Part shown: positions 1 to 10,499 of the stretch, piece by piece
Layout of the letters: each line of letters starts with the position of its first letter
Position numbering within the stretch: position 1 is the first letter of the stretch
Source of the DNA: an uncultured Acidobacteriota bacterium
Lineage (GTDB): Bacteria; Acidobacteriota; Terriglobia; UBA7540
Reading direction: 5' to 3'
Assembly (NCBI GenBank): GCA_963804995.1
Contig: CAWDSK010000006.1
Location: 1,728,001 to 1,792,000, forward strand
Length of the DNA stretch: 64,000 bases
The notes under the pieces: generated by a model
Told to the model about the DNA's origin: nothing
The model's input: the letters and a program-made list of their open reading frames with translations, nothing else
The model's database searches: none
Translations under genes and position numbers: made by a program

Positions 1-1753
1 AAAGGCGGGTGGCGTCCGTGTAGTCGTAAACGCGAAACATTAGCTTGCCACTCGGGGGGTCGATTCGCGTCCCCCGGCCCACCATCTGGTAAAAAGCGAT
101 CGGGGACCCAACGTACTTGAAGAAAACAATATTCCGAACTACGGGCACGTCCACGCCTGTGGTGAGCAGATCAACGGTGGTGGCAATAAAGTGGTGGCGC
201 GAACCGCCGCGCAGGTCGGCAATATAATCGGCGCCGCCCGCTAAATACGTACACTTGAAGGCATAGAAATCCGAGCGGGGCCTTCCATTCTTGGAGCACC
301 AATCGGCATAGAGGTTATTCAGCGCCGCAGCCACGTCATCGGCATGGCGGTCGCGGGCGCAAAAGATGATGGTCTTTTGTTCCGGCCCGCCGGTACGAAG
401 GAATTGCTCGAAAAGGTGGTGCGCCATCGCGGCCACACGGTCCGGCATCAAAAGCCGGTCCTCTATCGCCTCCGCAGAGTAATACTCGCGCGCCTCCGCA
501 AGAGAGATTTCTTCCCCAGTGTCGGCGTCGACGAGAAGCTTCCCGGCCAAATCCACGTGAGCCACGCCGCTGAGGCGCTCATTCACGGGCTTGTTATCAT
601 GGAAAAGATCGAATTTCTCGATTTCGCAAGCCGCGAGATAGCCGTCTTCGATGCCTTGGGCCATATCGTATTCGTAAACAGGCTCGCCGAAATGACGAAG
701 ATTGTCGGCGGTTAGGGCGGCGTCAGCCTCAGCCGCTTTGCTCTTTTCGGTGATCTTGAGCTGGCGCGGCGTGGCGGTGAGGCCAACTTGAACTGCGTTC
801 GAGTTTCGAGTGAGAACCTGGGACCACTTGCCCCACGCGGAGCGGTGGCATTCATCAATCACAATGTGGCTGAAGTAGTTTTCGGGATAATGGCGTGATA
901 GGAAGTTGGCCGTGCCCTCTTCGTCAGCAACATCGAGGGTCTGATACGTGGCCACGTGGATGCGCGCATTCTTGGCGTGGTTTCTTCCCTCGCGGTCTTC
1001 GTAAACTTCGGCAGCATCGGCTCCGAAAAGATTCTGGAGATGTCCCAGGGCCTGGCGGCGAAGCTCGTCTCGATCACAGACAAACAAAGCTCGCTTGAGC
1101 CGGCCGGCATCGGCAATGCGCCGGAGAAGGTGGACAGCAATGAAGGTCTTGCCGGAGCCTGTCGCCAATGAAAGCAGGGCGCGCTGGGGTTGTGCGGTCT
1201 TCTCTGAGCGAGCCATCTTTTCGAATACGGCACGAATGGCGGCATCCTGGTAATACCGTCGCGTTCCCTCTCCATGAGGATACCGGGCAAGCAAGGGCGC
1301 AGCAGCAGGCTCGTCGAGGGTGAATCCCATCCTCTGCTCGTAACGATTGCGCAGGTCGGCAGGTGTGGGGAATTCACTCAGGGGGCAGGGCGATGACGTG
1401 TGCCCGGTAAACCGGTCGTATTCGACGAAGAGATGGCCATTGGTTGAAAAAACGAAAGGCACATTGAGGCGCTTCGATGCGGCGTAGAGCTTGGCCTGCT
1501 CTAAGCCATGATTAGGTGGCAAGTCCTCGGCCTTTGCCTCGATCAGCGCCAGTGCAACGGGCTGGCTCTCCGTGTTCACTTTCACGCGAAGCGTATAGTC
1601 CACTCGGCCCTTGGCTCGCCGGCGGGGCTGGCCATTGATAATCTCGATGGCTCCCGCCGTCTCTTCGCGACAGATAAGGTCCTCAGTCCAGCCACGGGTG
1701 TGTATGGCAGGATCAATCAGCTTGGCGCGAGTGTCGGATTCGTTGAGGCCCAA
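1..1753 (-). CDS. hsdR: Type I restriction enzyme R subunit (HsdR-like nuclease + DEAD-box helicase); 3' end runs off the window
   Basis: Not in the ORF track (no stop in window). Hand translation from TTG at 1753: MGLNESDTRAKLIDP...VDY...IEAK (nuclease), LATGSGKT (Walker A), IDECHRS, GLTATP, QMVGRGTR (motif VI); in frame to base 2. Confidence 0.85.
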   Translation of the reverse strand, partial: MGLNESDTRAKLIDPAIHTRGWTEDLICREETAGAIEIINGQPRRRAKGRVDYTLRVKVNTESQPVALALIEAKAEDLPPNHGLEQAKLYAASKRLNVPFVFSTNGHLFVEYDRFTGHTSSPCPLSEFPTPADLRNRYEQRMGFTLDEPAAAPLLARYPHGEGTRRYYQDAAIRAVFEKMARSEKTAQPQRALLSLATGSGKTFIAVHLLRRIADAGRLKRALFVCDRDELRRQALGHLQNLFGADAAEVYEDREGRNHAKNARIHVATYQTLDVADEEGTANFLSRHYPENYFSHIVIDECHRSAWGKWSQVLTRNSNAVQVGLTATPRQLKITEKSKAAEADAALTADNLRHFGEPVYEYDMAQGIEDGYLAACEIEKFDLFHDNKPVNERLSGVAHVDLAGKLLVDADTGEEISLAEAREYYSAEAIEDRLLMPDRVAAMAHHLFEQFLRTGGPEQKTIIFCARDRHADDVAAALNNLYADWCSKNGRPRSDFYAFKCTYLAGGADYIADLRGGSRHHFIATTVDLLTTGVDVPVVRNIVFFKYVGSPIAFYQMVGRGTRIDPPSGKLMFRVYDYTDATRL

Positions 1754-1893
1754 GACCCCCTACCAGGTATCCTAGTTTCCTTGGGTTTGTGACGTACCGG
1801 CGGCCATTGTACCTGAGAAGCAGGCGCGGAGTTGTCTTTTAACTCACTGGTTCATGGCTTTCCCCATAAAGGGCCGCAAATGTTAAGGACAAG

Positions 1894-2086
1894 TCGGCGC
1901 TCGGAGAGCGCCGCTTCAGGAACGAATCGCGGGTGGGGACACCCGCGCTACAACCCGCGCCTTCAGGCCCAGAGGATTTTGAGGGCAGTGCCCCCGCGCT
2001 CGAAGTCCCCTGGTCAGCAAGCACTGAGCATTAGCCCAGCACGTGCCGACCTAAAGGTCGGCGCTACAATCGCTGGCGCACTACAA
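1894..2086. repeat. Cluster of GTAG-type REP-like palindromes
   Basis: Hairpins cggcgctc-gga-gagcgccg, cgcgggtg-ggga-cacccgcg and gccgacct-aa-aggtcggc; the last two end in GCTACA and the first in GCTTCA. The 2021-2068 copy recurs at 22794-22845. Confidence 0.6.
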
Positions 2087-2128
2087 TTTCCCGTCTTTCT
2101 TACTCCGCAAGATGTAGACGTACCACAT
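2081..2128 (-). pseudogene. N-terminal stub of a small GIY-YIG nuclease
   Basis: MWYVYILRSKKDGKL* resembles the YVYIL...GKLYIG start of small GIY-YIG proteins; it stops at a TGTAG motif where the REP cluster begins. Confidence 0.55.
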
Positions 2129-2164
2129 AAAGGATGGCCTGCCGTCCGGAGCTTTAGCGTAGGA

Positions 2165-2258
2165 TGGCGGAGAGGGTGGGATTCGAACCCACGTGCCCGC
2201 TTTTGGCAGGCAAGACGCTTTCGAGGCGCCCCCGTTATGACCACTTCGGTACCTCTCC
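2165..2258 (-). tRNA. tRNA-Ser (anticodon CGA)
   Basis: GGAGAGG...CCTCTCC-G-CCA acceptor stem, CTCGAAA anticodon loop, long variable arm, GGTTCGAATCC T-arm. Confidence 0.95.
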
Positions 2259-2267
2259 GACAAAAAC

Positions 2268-2341
2268 CGGGACACGGGATATGGGGCACGGGTATCGAGG
2301 CGTCATCTGTCGTGTCCCGTATCCCGTATCCCGTTTCCCGA
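2268..2341. repeat. Inverted pair of heptamer tracts (CGGGATA-like / TATCCCG-like)
   Basis: 7-bp periodicity is visible; the second tract encodes the C-terminus of tadA. Confidence 0.7.
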
Positions 2342-2824
2342 CTTATTTCTCCTCTTTCGGAAAAAGTCCTGAATAACTGAGGCACAATCGGCCGCCAAGA
2401 TGCCGCCCGCTACTTCCACCATATGATTAAGCTTCCGGTGATTTAGCACCCGAAGCGCTGACCCGCACGCTCCGGCTTTGGGATCGCGGGCGCCGTACAC
2501 TACGCGCGCGAGCCGCGCCTGCACGATGGCGCCTGCGCACATCGCACACGGTTCGATTGTAACATACAGGTCGCAGCCCTCCATCCGGTAGTTGCCCAGC
2601 CGTCGGGAGGCACGCCGCAAGGCCAGAATTTCTGCGTGCGCGGTAGGGTCCTTGAGATGGAGGGGCCGATTATGGGCGCGCGCCAGCACCCGTCCCTCGC
2701 GGACCAGGACTGCTCCCACGGGAACTTCCTCTTCCCGGGCAGCGCGCTTCGCTTCACCGAGGGCCAGGCGCATAAAACGCTCGTCCTCCGCCCGGCGCGA
2801 GACTTTAGTAATCCTCGGTGGCAT
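2303..2824 (-). CDS. tadA: tRNA adenosine(34) deaminase
   Basis: EVPVGAV, HAE and EPCAMC motifs; FF-R C-terminus; start set to ATG at 2824. Confidence 0.93.
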   Translation of the reverse strand: MPPRITKVSRRAEDERFMRLALGEAKRAAREEEVPVGAVLVREGRVLARAHNRPLHLKDPTAHAEILALRRASRRLGNYRMEGCDLYVTIEPCAMCAGAIVQARLARVVYGARDPKAGACGSALRVLNHRKLNHMVEVAGGILAADCASVIQDFFRKRRNKSGNGIRDTGHDR

Positions 2825-2976
2825 GCCCCTTATCGTAGCACGCGCGCCCAGGCCGCCCCAGGCCAAGAGTTATGGGCCGAAGCCGAAATGTCCTCAACGA
2901 AGATTTTCTGTTGCACCTGGGTGCCGAGTGGTGTAGTAATGGCTCGCCGAAACTAAATACAGGAGAGATGATTGCA

Positions 2977-3849
2977 ATGATCAACCGACGAGAATTCTTG
3001 CGGAACAGCGCGCTGGGCGTCACCGCGGCTGCGGCTACGACTGGCATGGGGGACCAGCTTCTTGCCAATCCTCTGGGCAAACCGGTCGGGCTCCAGCTTT
3101 ATACACTGCGCGATGAGCTCCAGAAAGACATGTTGGGTACCCTCAAACAAGTCGCGGCGATTGGCATCAAGGAAGTGGAGACCTACGACCTCTACGGCAA
3201 GACCGCCGCGCAATTTGCCAAGATCCTGAAGGATAATGGCCTCACCGCTCCCAGCGGGCATTACATGACCAAGCATCTGCGCGGGAACTGGGAAAAGGAA
3301 ATCGAGAACTCCAAGATCATCGGGATGAAATACATGGTCAACGCGATTCTCAAGGATGAGGAACACAAAACCTTCGACAACTACAAGCGTCTGGCCGAGC
3401 TTTTCAATAAGGCCGGCGAGCAAACCCAGAAGGCGGGTATTCAATACTGCTACCACAATCACAACTTCGAATTCCAAAAATACGGCGACACCACGGCGTA
3501 TGATTACCTTCTCAAAGCGCTGGACCCGAAACTCGTCAAATTTGAAATGGATTGTTTCTGGGTGACGCACGCCGGTCAGGATCCGGTGGCCTACTTCAAG
3601 AAATACCCCGGGCGCTTCCCGCTACTCCACATCAAGGACATGACGGACCATCCCGCCCCGACGGTGGTGAAGGACGATAAGCTGGGTATGTTCGCCCCCG
3701 TGGGTCACGGCACCATTGACTGGAAACGCATCTTCGCGGCCGCGCCCACCGGAGGGATGACGCACTTCTTCATCGAACAGGACTTTTGCCAGCAGCCACC
3801 GCTTGAAGCGGTGAAAATGAGCTACGTGTATTTGCACGGCTTGACCTAA
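2977..3849 (+). CDS. Tat-exported sugar phosphate isomerase/epimerase (xylose isomerase-like TIM barrel)
   Basis: RREFL twin-arginine signal; GLQLYTLR, YHNHNFEF, EMDCFW, LHIKD, IEQD. Confidence 0.85.
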   Translation: MINRREFLRNSALGVTAAAATTGMGDQLLANPLGKPVGLQLYTLRDELQKDMLGTLKQVAAIGIKEVETYDLYGKTAAQFAKILKDNGLTAPSGHYMTKHLRGNWEKEIENSKIIGMKYMVNAILKDEEHKTFDNYKRLAELFNKAGEQTQKAGIQYCYHNHNFEFQKYGDTTAYDYLLKALDPKLVKFEMDCFWVTHAGQDPVAYFKKYPGRFPLLHIKDMTDHPAPTVVKDDKLGMFAPVGHGTIDWKRIFAAAPTGGMTHFFIEQDFCQQPPLEAVKMSYVYLHGLT

Positions 3850-4000
3850 AGCTCTTCACCCCATGCGCCAGTTCCACCGGAGGCGGCCGGCAAGCCATCT
3901 GTGCCCGCCTCCATTGGCTGGTTTCCTACCCATTGGGATGAGTCAGAGATAAATCGCATCAGGATTCGTGCGGCTGGCCGTGCGGGGGTCGAGGGCTTCC

Positions 4001-4924
4001 CTACGAGCCAGAGCGGAGCCGTGCGGTATGTTCTTGCAGTTCCTTTTGCAGGAGGTCCCGGTATTCTTTAAGCCCGGCCTCGGCGGCGCGGTTCATGGAT
4101 TCGACAACCGAGTGCACCAGGGTGGTGAGCTGCTGCCGCGCTTCTTCGACCTGCGCGGGGGTCCTTGGCACACCTCCCTGGAGGGATTGCAGGCCGTCTC
4201 GCAACTCTTCAATCTGTATCTCCAACCTTTTGATTTCATCGAATGCGGCGTTCAAGCGCTCGCCCAGCAACCGAATGTGCTGGTCCAAAGGGTTCGCCTC
4301 TGGTTCCTTCGCAGGGGCCGCATGTGCGCGCACATCGGCTTCCAACTCCAAGCCAATTTGCTCTTTAATTTTTTCAAGCCGTTCCCGGAATGAGTGGATT
4401 TGCGCTTCTGCGAATTGCTCGATTTGTTGAAGTATTCGCGAGGTGATTTCCTGGGCGGCGCGCTCAGACAGGCCAGCGGGAGACTCGCCAAGCGCGGTGG
4501 AAACGGGCGTGCCGATATTGCCGGCCGTGTGCGCAGGACCGGGAGCAGGAGTTCGGGACGCTTGCCCTTCTTCTTCGCCCCCCTTGAGGGTCCAGTCATC
4601 CGGAGGGAATTCGATACCCCAGATGTCTTGCGCCTCAACCAACTGAAGTCCCACTTGATAAAGGTCTTTCGATGTGCGCCTGGTGCCCAACCACACGACC
4701 TTGGCTTTCGCCATATTCCCCTGGGTCTTGTTTTCGAGCAGGACCTCCTTGCCCATTGCAAGTTGGTGAGCTGTCAAAATCTTAGCTCCGTGTTTGCTGA
4801 TAAGTACGGTCCGAACATTCTCCTTGAATTCCCGTCCCTCAGCATCCTTGCCCGAGATCACGATAGGAATGGAGATGAAGAGGCGAGCGCTGCGACGGTC
4901 CCCTGCCAGATTCTTGTCGTTCAT
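4001..4924 (-). CDS. PilZ-domain protein with C-terminal coiled coil
   Basis: RRSAR and ISKHGA PilZ-like motifs; helical E/Q-rich tail. Confidence 0.7.
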   Translation of the reverse strand: MNDKNLAGDRRSARLFISIPIVISGKDAEGREFKENVRTVLISKHGAKILTAHQLAMGKEVLLENKTQGNMAKAKVVWLGTRRTSKDLYQVGLQLVEAQDIWGIEFPPDDWTLKGGEEEGQASRTPAPGPAHTAGNIGTPVSTALGESPAGLSERAAQEITSRILQQIEQFAEAQIHSFRERLEKIKEQIGLELEADVRAHAAPAKEPEANPLDQHIRLLGERLNAAFDEIKRLEIQIEELRDGLQSLQGGVPRTPAQVEEARQQLTTLVHSVVESMNRAAEAGLKEYRDLLQKELQEHTARLRSGS

Positions 4925-5136
4925 ATCAGGATGCCGCCATCCGGAGTAACGGTGCGATTATAGAAGAGAGACCGGAGGAGGACAACTAAAACACGGCATT
5001 CGGTAGTGACTCATTTTGATACAACTGAAACGCAACATTTTTCCGGGTTGATAACCTGGCCGGATGTGGCCGCCCACCCTCTGTCCGCAGGTTTAACGCA
5101 CGGGATATGATGTTGCCCCCTTCGGGAAACAAGGAG

Positions 5137-6720
5137 CTAGTGCGCAGCCATGGGGCCGGCGCCGTGGGGCTTGGCAGTCTTCATGAGGAACATGAAGGGA
5201 ATGAGGGCGAGGAAGGTCATGCCCAGCAGCCAATAGGCGTCCACGTATGCGAGCATGTTGGCTTGGCGAACCAGGTTGCCGTAAAGCATACCCTGCGCCT
5301 GGAGGTTGGCGAGCGTGAGGTTCGATCCGTGGGTCATCAGCATTTGCTGGGCGCCCTGCGTGGCGTTGCGATAAGGGGCGTCAAAAGGAGTAAGATGCGC
5401 CACCAAAATGGCTTGGTGTACCTGCGCGCGGCGGGAAAGCAGGGTGGCAACATTGGCGATTCCCACGCTGCCCCCGATGTTGCGTGCCAGATTGATGAGG
5501 CCCGTGGCGTTGTTCATCTTTTCTTTGGGGATAAAGTAGAACGCCATCACGTTGGTGGGTATAAACAGGAATGCCATGCCGATGCGGGAAAAAGTCCAGG
5601 CCCTGACGGCAGTCCAGAAATCAATATCCAGATTGAAGCTCAACATGTGCAGGAGCGCAAAACCGGTGATCGCGAGCCCGGTCGCCACCAGCCACCGCGC
5701 TTCGACCTTCTGGGTTAGGCGCCCGACCAGGGGCAAGGCCAGCAAGGTGAATAAACTTCCCGGGGAAAGCACCAGCCCGCTGAGCAGGGCGGTGTAACCC
5801 ATGAGCGTTTGTAACATGAGGGGCAGAAGTACGGTGCTGCCGTAAAGTACAAAGCCGAGCATGAACATGGTGAGGGTAGCGAGGAAAAAGTTCCGGTCCT
5901 TCAACATGCGGAAATCCACAATGGGATCTTCACGTGTGAGTTCCCAGAGCAGCGCGCCGATCAGCCCCACACCGGCAACGATGCTGCACCCGATGATGAA
6001 GTTCGAGCCGAACCAGTCTTCGCGCTCGCCCTTGTCGAGAACCACCTGGAGAAAACCCAGGCCCACGGTCAGCAACCCCAGCCCGATATAGTCAATGCGC
6101 AGGCCCCGCAGGCTTTTGCGCACCAGGTAGGGCGGGTCGAAGATGATGAACGAAGTCATTAAGACGGAGAGCATGCCCACGGGGATATTAATGAAAAAGA
6201 TCCATCGCCAGGAGTAGCTATCGGTAATCCAACCACCCAGAGTGGGACCGATAATGGGCGCTACAACCACGCCCATACCATAAAATGCCATCGCCATGCC
6301 TTGCTTTTCCTTGGGAAAGCTTTCCACCAGAATCGCTTGCGAGACGGGTTGCAGCGCCCCGCCACCCGCGCCCTGCAGAATGCGGAAAAGAACCAGCAGG
6401 CCGAGGCTGGGGGCCATGCCGCATAGGAATGAACTGATCGTGAAGATGACGACACAGGTCATATAGAAACGCTTGCGTCCGAAGACCGAAGACAACCAAC
6501 CCGTGAGTGGCAACACAATGGCGTTGGAAACAAGGTAGGAGGTGAGCACCCAGGTGCTCTCGTCGACGCCAGCGGAAAGGTCACCCGCGATGTGGGGCAA
6601 CGCCACGTTGGCCACACTGGTGTCCAGCACTTCCATGAAGGTGGCGAGCATCACCGTCATGGCGATAATCCAGGGATTGATCTCACCCTTCTCGCGCGTG
6701 CGTGTGAAAATGTCGTGCAT
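5137..6720 (-). CDS. emrB: DHA2 family MFS efflux permease (EmrB/QacA), intact copy
   Basis: FMEVLDTSVANVALPHIAG, WVLTSYL, GPTLGGWITD, WRWIFFINIP. Confidence 0.9.
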   Translation of the reverse strand: MHDIFTRTREKGEINPWIIAMTVMLATFMEVLDTSVANVALPHIAGDLSAGVDESTWVLTSYLVSNAIVLPLTGWLSSVFGRKRFYMTCVVIFTISSFLCGMAPSLGLLVLFRILQGAGGGALQPVSQAILVESFPKEKQGMAMAFYGMGVVVAPIIGPTLGGWITDSYSWRWIFFINIPVGMLSVLMTSFIIFDPPYLVRKSLRGLRIDYIGLGLLTVGLGFLQVVLDKGEREDWFGSNFIIGCSIVAGVGLIGALLWELTREDPIVDFRMLKDRNFFLATLTMFMLGFVLYGSTVLLPLMLQTLMGYTALLSGLVLSPGSLFTLLALPLVGRLTQKVEARWLVATGLAITGFALLHMLSFNLDIDFWTAVRAWTFSRIGMAFLFIPTNVMAFYFIPKEKMNNATGLINLARNIGGSVGIANVATLLSRRAQVHQAILVAHLTPFDAPYRNATQGAQQMLMTHGSNLTLANLQAQGMLYGNLVRQANMLAYVDAYWLLGMTFLALIPFMFLMKTAKPHGAGPMAAH

Positions 6721-6845
6721 AAACTTTTCTGGACCCGCGGCAGTTCGGGAACTGCACGGGATCGATTTGGGACGAGCAGCAGCCCGCCCTTCTCTTCTCC
6801 ACAACACTATGTCTTATCGAGAACCCTGAGCCTGCTTACTTAACT

Positions 6846-8479
6846 TCACGGAATTTTTCCATCCGAACGTCGCGAATAATCAGTATACCTGACCCGCTCA
6901 GATCTTCCCCCGGGCGCCTGGTGCGGCCGGCCCTTCTTCATCAAGAACATCAGCGGAATCAAGGCCAGGAAAGTAAGACCCATCAACCAGAAGTCATCAA
7001 CGAAGGCGAGCATGGTGGCGTGGCGCTGGAGCAACCCATAGGCCAGTCCATCCGCTTGTGCGCCGGCGATAACGGGATCTGAGCCAGTCGTAAAGAAGAG
7101 CTGGCGGGCGCCATTCACCATCGCCTGGTAAGCCGGATTGAGCGGCGTTAAATAGCCGACCAACACGTTTTGATGAAACTGGCTGCGGCGCGCCAGCAAC
7201 GTCATGACATTGGCAATCCCAAAGCTTCCCCCGATGTTTCGTGCCAGGTTGATAATCCCTGTGGCATTATTGAATTTCTCTGAGGGATAAAGTAAAACGC
7301 CATAACGTTAATGGGCACAAAGAGAAAGGCCATCCCCGCGGACTGATAAATTCTTGCCATCATGGCGGTGCGAAAGTCGATTTCGAGATTGAAGGTCGCC
7401 ATGTGAAACAAGGATAGAGCCACGATCAACACCCCGCAGACTACCAGCCAGCGCGCCTCAAATCGAGTGAGCAGCTTGCCTACGATGGGCAGCGTGATGA
7501 GTACCAGCAATCCCCCCGGGGAAAGCACCAGCCCGCTTAGCAGCGCCGTGTAGCCGAGCAGAGTTTGAAGAAAGATAGGGAGCAATGCGGTACTGCCGTA
7601 AAGGACAAACCCCAAGACGAACATGGTCACGGTGCCGAGGAAGAAATTCCGGTCGCGCAGAAGCCGGAAGTCGACGATGGGCTCTTTGCGCGTGAGTTCC
7701 CAGATCAGGGCCGCGACCAAGCCACCCGCCGCCACTACCGCACAGGCCACGATGAAGTGCGATTCGAACCAGTCGTCACGCTGTCCCTTATCCAGAACGA
7801 CTTGCAGGAATCCCAAGCCCACGCTCAGCAAGCCCAGACCAATGAAGTCGATATGGGTTCCCGCTTTCCAACCTTTACGCGCCAGGAACGGCGGGTCAGA
7901 AATCAGGAAGTAAGTAAGGGCCAGCGAAACCACTCCCACCGGAACGTTGATCAGGAAAATCCACCGCCAACTGTAACTGTCGGTAAGCCAGCCACCCAGG
8001 GTCGGGCCGATGATGGGGGCCAGCACCACTCCCATGCCGAAAATTGCCATCGCCATGCCCTGCTTGTGCTTCGGAAAGCTCTCCAGCAGAATGGCCTGTG
8101 AGATAGGCTGCAAAGCGCCGCCCCCCGCGCCTTGCAGGATACGGAAAAACACCAGCAAAGGAAGACTGGGTGCGAGCCCGCAGAGCATCGAGCTGATTGT
8201 GAAGATGGCAACACAAGTCATGTAGAAACGCTTCCGCCCAAAGAGCGAGGAGAACCAGCCGGTGAGCGGCAGCACAATGGCGTTTGAAACCAGATAAGAG
8301 GTCAGCACCCAGGTGCTTTCGTCGACGCCCGCCGAGAGATTGCCCGCAATGTGCGGCAACGAAACGTTGGCCACACTGGTGTCGAGCACTTCCATGAAGA
8401 CCGCCAGCATTACAGTGAAGGCAATCAGCCACGGGTGGGTTTCACCGTTTTGTCGAGCGCGCTGAACAAGGTCTTTCAT
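6846..8479 (-). CDS. emrB: Second DHA2 MFS permease, frameshifted near 7281
   Basis: Paralogue of 5137-6720. After AFYFIP one base is missing; EKFNNATG continues in the frame of ORF 6846..7205. Confidence 0.85.
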
Positions 8480-8518
8480 CGCGTACCCTTAGCCCCCAAC
8501 GACTTATGCAAAGCTGCT

Positions 8519-9175
8519 TCAGGCGATCTTCTGATGAGTAGAGTCCTGCCCGCCCACGGTCTGTTGCATGGCCGTGAGAATGAGGGAAACCACCGCATCC
8601 TCTCCCAGGCTGGAACAAACTTGCAGGTGATACAGGTGGCGATTGGACCAGTCCTGGCCGAAATGGTCGCGAACGTAAGCCGCACGGAGGCGGTCCTGAG
8701 AGTCCATTTTCTGCTCGGCCTGGGCCCGGGTGAGGCTGGCCTCGCGAGCCTGTAGCCGCGCCAGCCTTTCGCCCCTCGGCGCGTAGACGAAAACATGAAA
8801 GGCATCGCCACGCGGTTGCAAAATGCACTGGCTGCCGCGCCCCACAATCACGCACTGGCCGATCGCCGCGGCTTCCTCAATAAGCCGCCGGGTGAGTCCG
8901 GCCGCCACCTCAGCGTCGAACCAGTTGGGGACAGGGCCGCCGATGTAACCCCTGAGTCCAGGTGATTGCCACAGCACTTCCGCCAACTTGTTGAACCACG
9001 GATCGAGACGCTCGTCGTATTTTTCCGCCACCCGGGGCTCAACAGAGGCGGCTTCCGCGATGCGCTCCACCAAGCAGCGGTCAAGCAGCTTCCATCCCAG
9101 GCGGTCGGCCAGCAACTGGGCGATGCGGGCGCCGCCGCTGGCGTATTCTCTGGCTACGGTCACGACGCGGTACAT
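8519..9175 (-). CDS. Cytidylate kinase-like family protein
   Basis: VVTVAREYASGG, LLDR, VIVGRGSQ, D..RAAY motifs; start at ATG 9175. Confidence 0.8.
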   Translation of the reverse strand: MYRVVTVAREYASGGARIAQLLADRLGWKLLDRCLVERIAEAASVEPRVAEKYDERLDPWFNKLAEVLWQSPGLRGYIGGPVPNWFDAEVAAGLTRRLIEEAAAIGQCVIVGRGSQCILQPRGDAFHVFVYAPRGERLARLQAREASLTRAQAEQKMDSQDRLRAAYVRDHFGQDWSNRHLYHLQVCSSLGEDAVVSLILTAMQQTVGGQDSTHQKIA

Positions 9176-9185
9176 AGCTTTATCC

Positions 9186-10487
9186 TCATTTCGTAAGGAT
9201 CGTCGCCTCAACATTCATGCCTGGACGCAAGATGGCCTTCTCGGGCGGAACGGGATCCAGCAGAATCTTGACGGGAATCCGTTGCACCACTTTTACGTAA
9301 TTGCCCGTGGCGTTTTCAGGTGGCAGCAGGCTCATGCGTGCACCCGTCGCACCGGCGATAGAATCCAAGTGGCCGGTGAACGTCTGGCCGTACATATCGA
9401 CATCGATTTCGGCTTTCTGACCGGGGTGCAACTTGGCAAGCTGCGTCTCTTTGAAGTTGGCAGTGACCCAGATATCCTGAAGAGGAATCAGGGTGAAGAG
9501 TCCCTGCCCGGGTTGCACGATTTGGCCGACCTCGACGGATTTCCTGGTGACCACGCCATCGGACGGAGCAACGATGGTGGTGTAACTCAATTGCAATTGC
9601 GCGGTCTCCAGATCCGCTCGGGCCTTGCCCACGGCCGCTTCGGCGGAGGCCCGATCCGCCTCGTGAATCGAAACCTGTTTGTGGTTCGCCACGGCCTGCC
9701 GGACCATGGCGCGCGCCTGTTCAACCTGGGCTTTCGCCGCTAACATGGATTCGCGAGCGATCTCCGCGTTCTTTTCGGCGGAGGCTAATTTCTCGTTCGC
9801 CGCTTTCAGCTCGCTATCCGCCACCCGCGCGCCTGCCAGGTAGGCATCGTATTGTTGCTGGGAGATCTCGGCTTTCTCCATCAAGGGCTTCATGCGCGCC
9901 AGGTCTGCCTGGGCACGATCGTTATTGGCTTGCTGAGCTGCGACATGGGCGCGCGCGTAGGCCAGTTCCGCGGTGGAGTCCTTTTCGTAGGTAAATTTCG
10001 CCTTGTCGTAGTTCGCCTCTGCGGCAGCCAGTTGGGCGTCGGCGCCTGAAGTGCCACTCTCGGAGGTTTCCCGGCTGAGGGGCACGCCCACGCCCGCGGC
10101 GCGCGCCTGGGCTTCCGCCAACTCCAGCGCTGCCTTGGATTGATCAACGCGGGCCTGGTAATCGCGGGGGTCAATGCGGACTAACACTTGCCCTGCCTTG
10201 ACGGGCTCATTGTCGTGAATTTGAACGTCCGCGACCATCCCGTAAATCTTGCAGGCAATAGGCACGATGTGCCCGTCCACCTGGGCGTCGTCAGTGGAGA
10301 CACGGTCATGGTAGTGGATGAGCAGCGCCACGATCACGAGCGCCAGCACAGCGGCCACCCCGGCCACCGCGCGGCGGAATTTCGGATCGGCCCAGCGCGA
10401 GGGGGTCTTTTCGGCTTCCTGACCCGCCGGTTCGACACGGCCTAGTTCTTTCTCAAGTTCAACAACGTTCGGTTCCATGCTCGACAT
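9186..10487 (-). CDS. emrA: HlyD/EmrA membrane fusion protein
   Basis: N-terminal TM, STDDAQVDG, ANFKETQL, LLPPENATGNYVKVVQRIPVKI. Confidence 0.92.
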   Translation of the reverse strand: MSSMEPNVVELEKELGRVEPAGQEAEKTPSRWADPKFRRAVAGVAAVLALVIVALLIHYHDRVSTDDAQVDGHIVPIACKIYGMVADVQIHDNEPVKAGQVLVRIDPRDYQARVDQSKAALELAEAQARAAGVGVPLSRETSESGTSGADAQLAAAEANYDKAKFTYEKDSTAELAYARAHVAAQQANNDRAQADLARMKPLMEKAEISQQQYDAYLAGARVADSELKAANEKLASAEKNAEIARESMLAAKAQVEQARAMVRQAVANHKQVSIHEADRASAEAAVGKARADLETAQLQLSYTTIVAPSDGVVTRKSVEVGQIVQPGQGLFTLIPLQDIWVTANFKETQLAKLHPGQKAEIDVDMYGQTFTGHLDSIAGATGARMSLLPPENATGNYVKVVQRIPVKILLDPVPPEKAILRPGMNVEATILTK

Positions 10488-10499
10488 AGGTGAACACCT

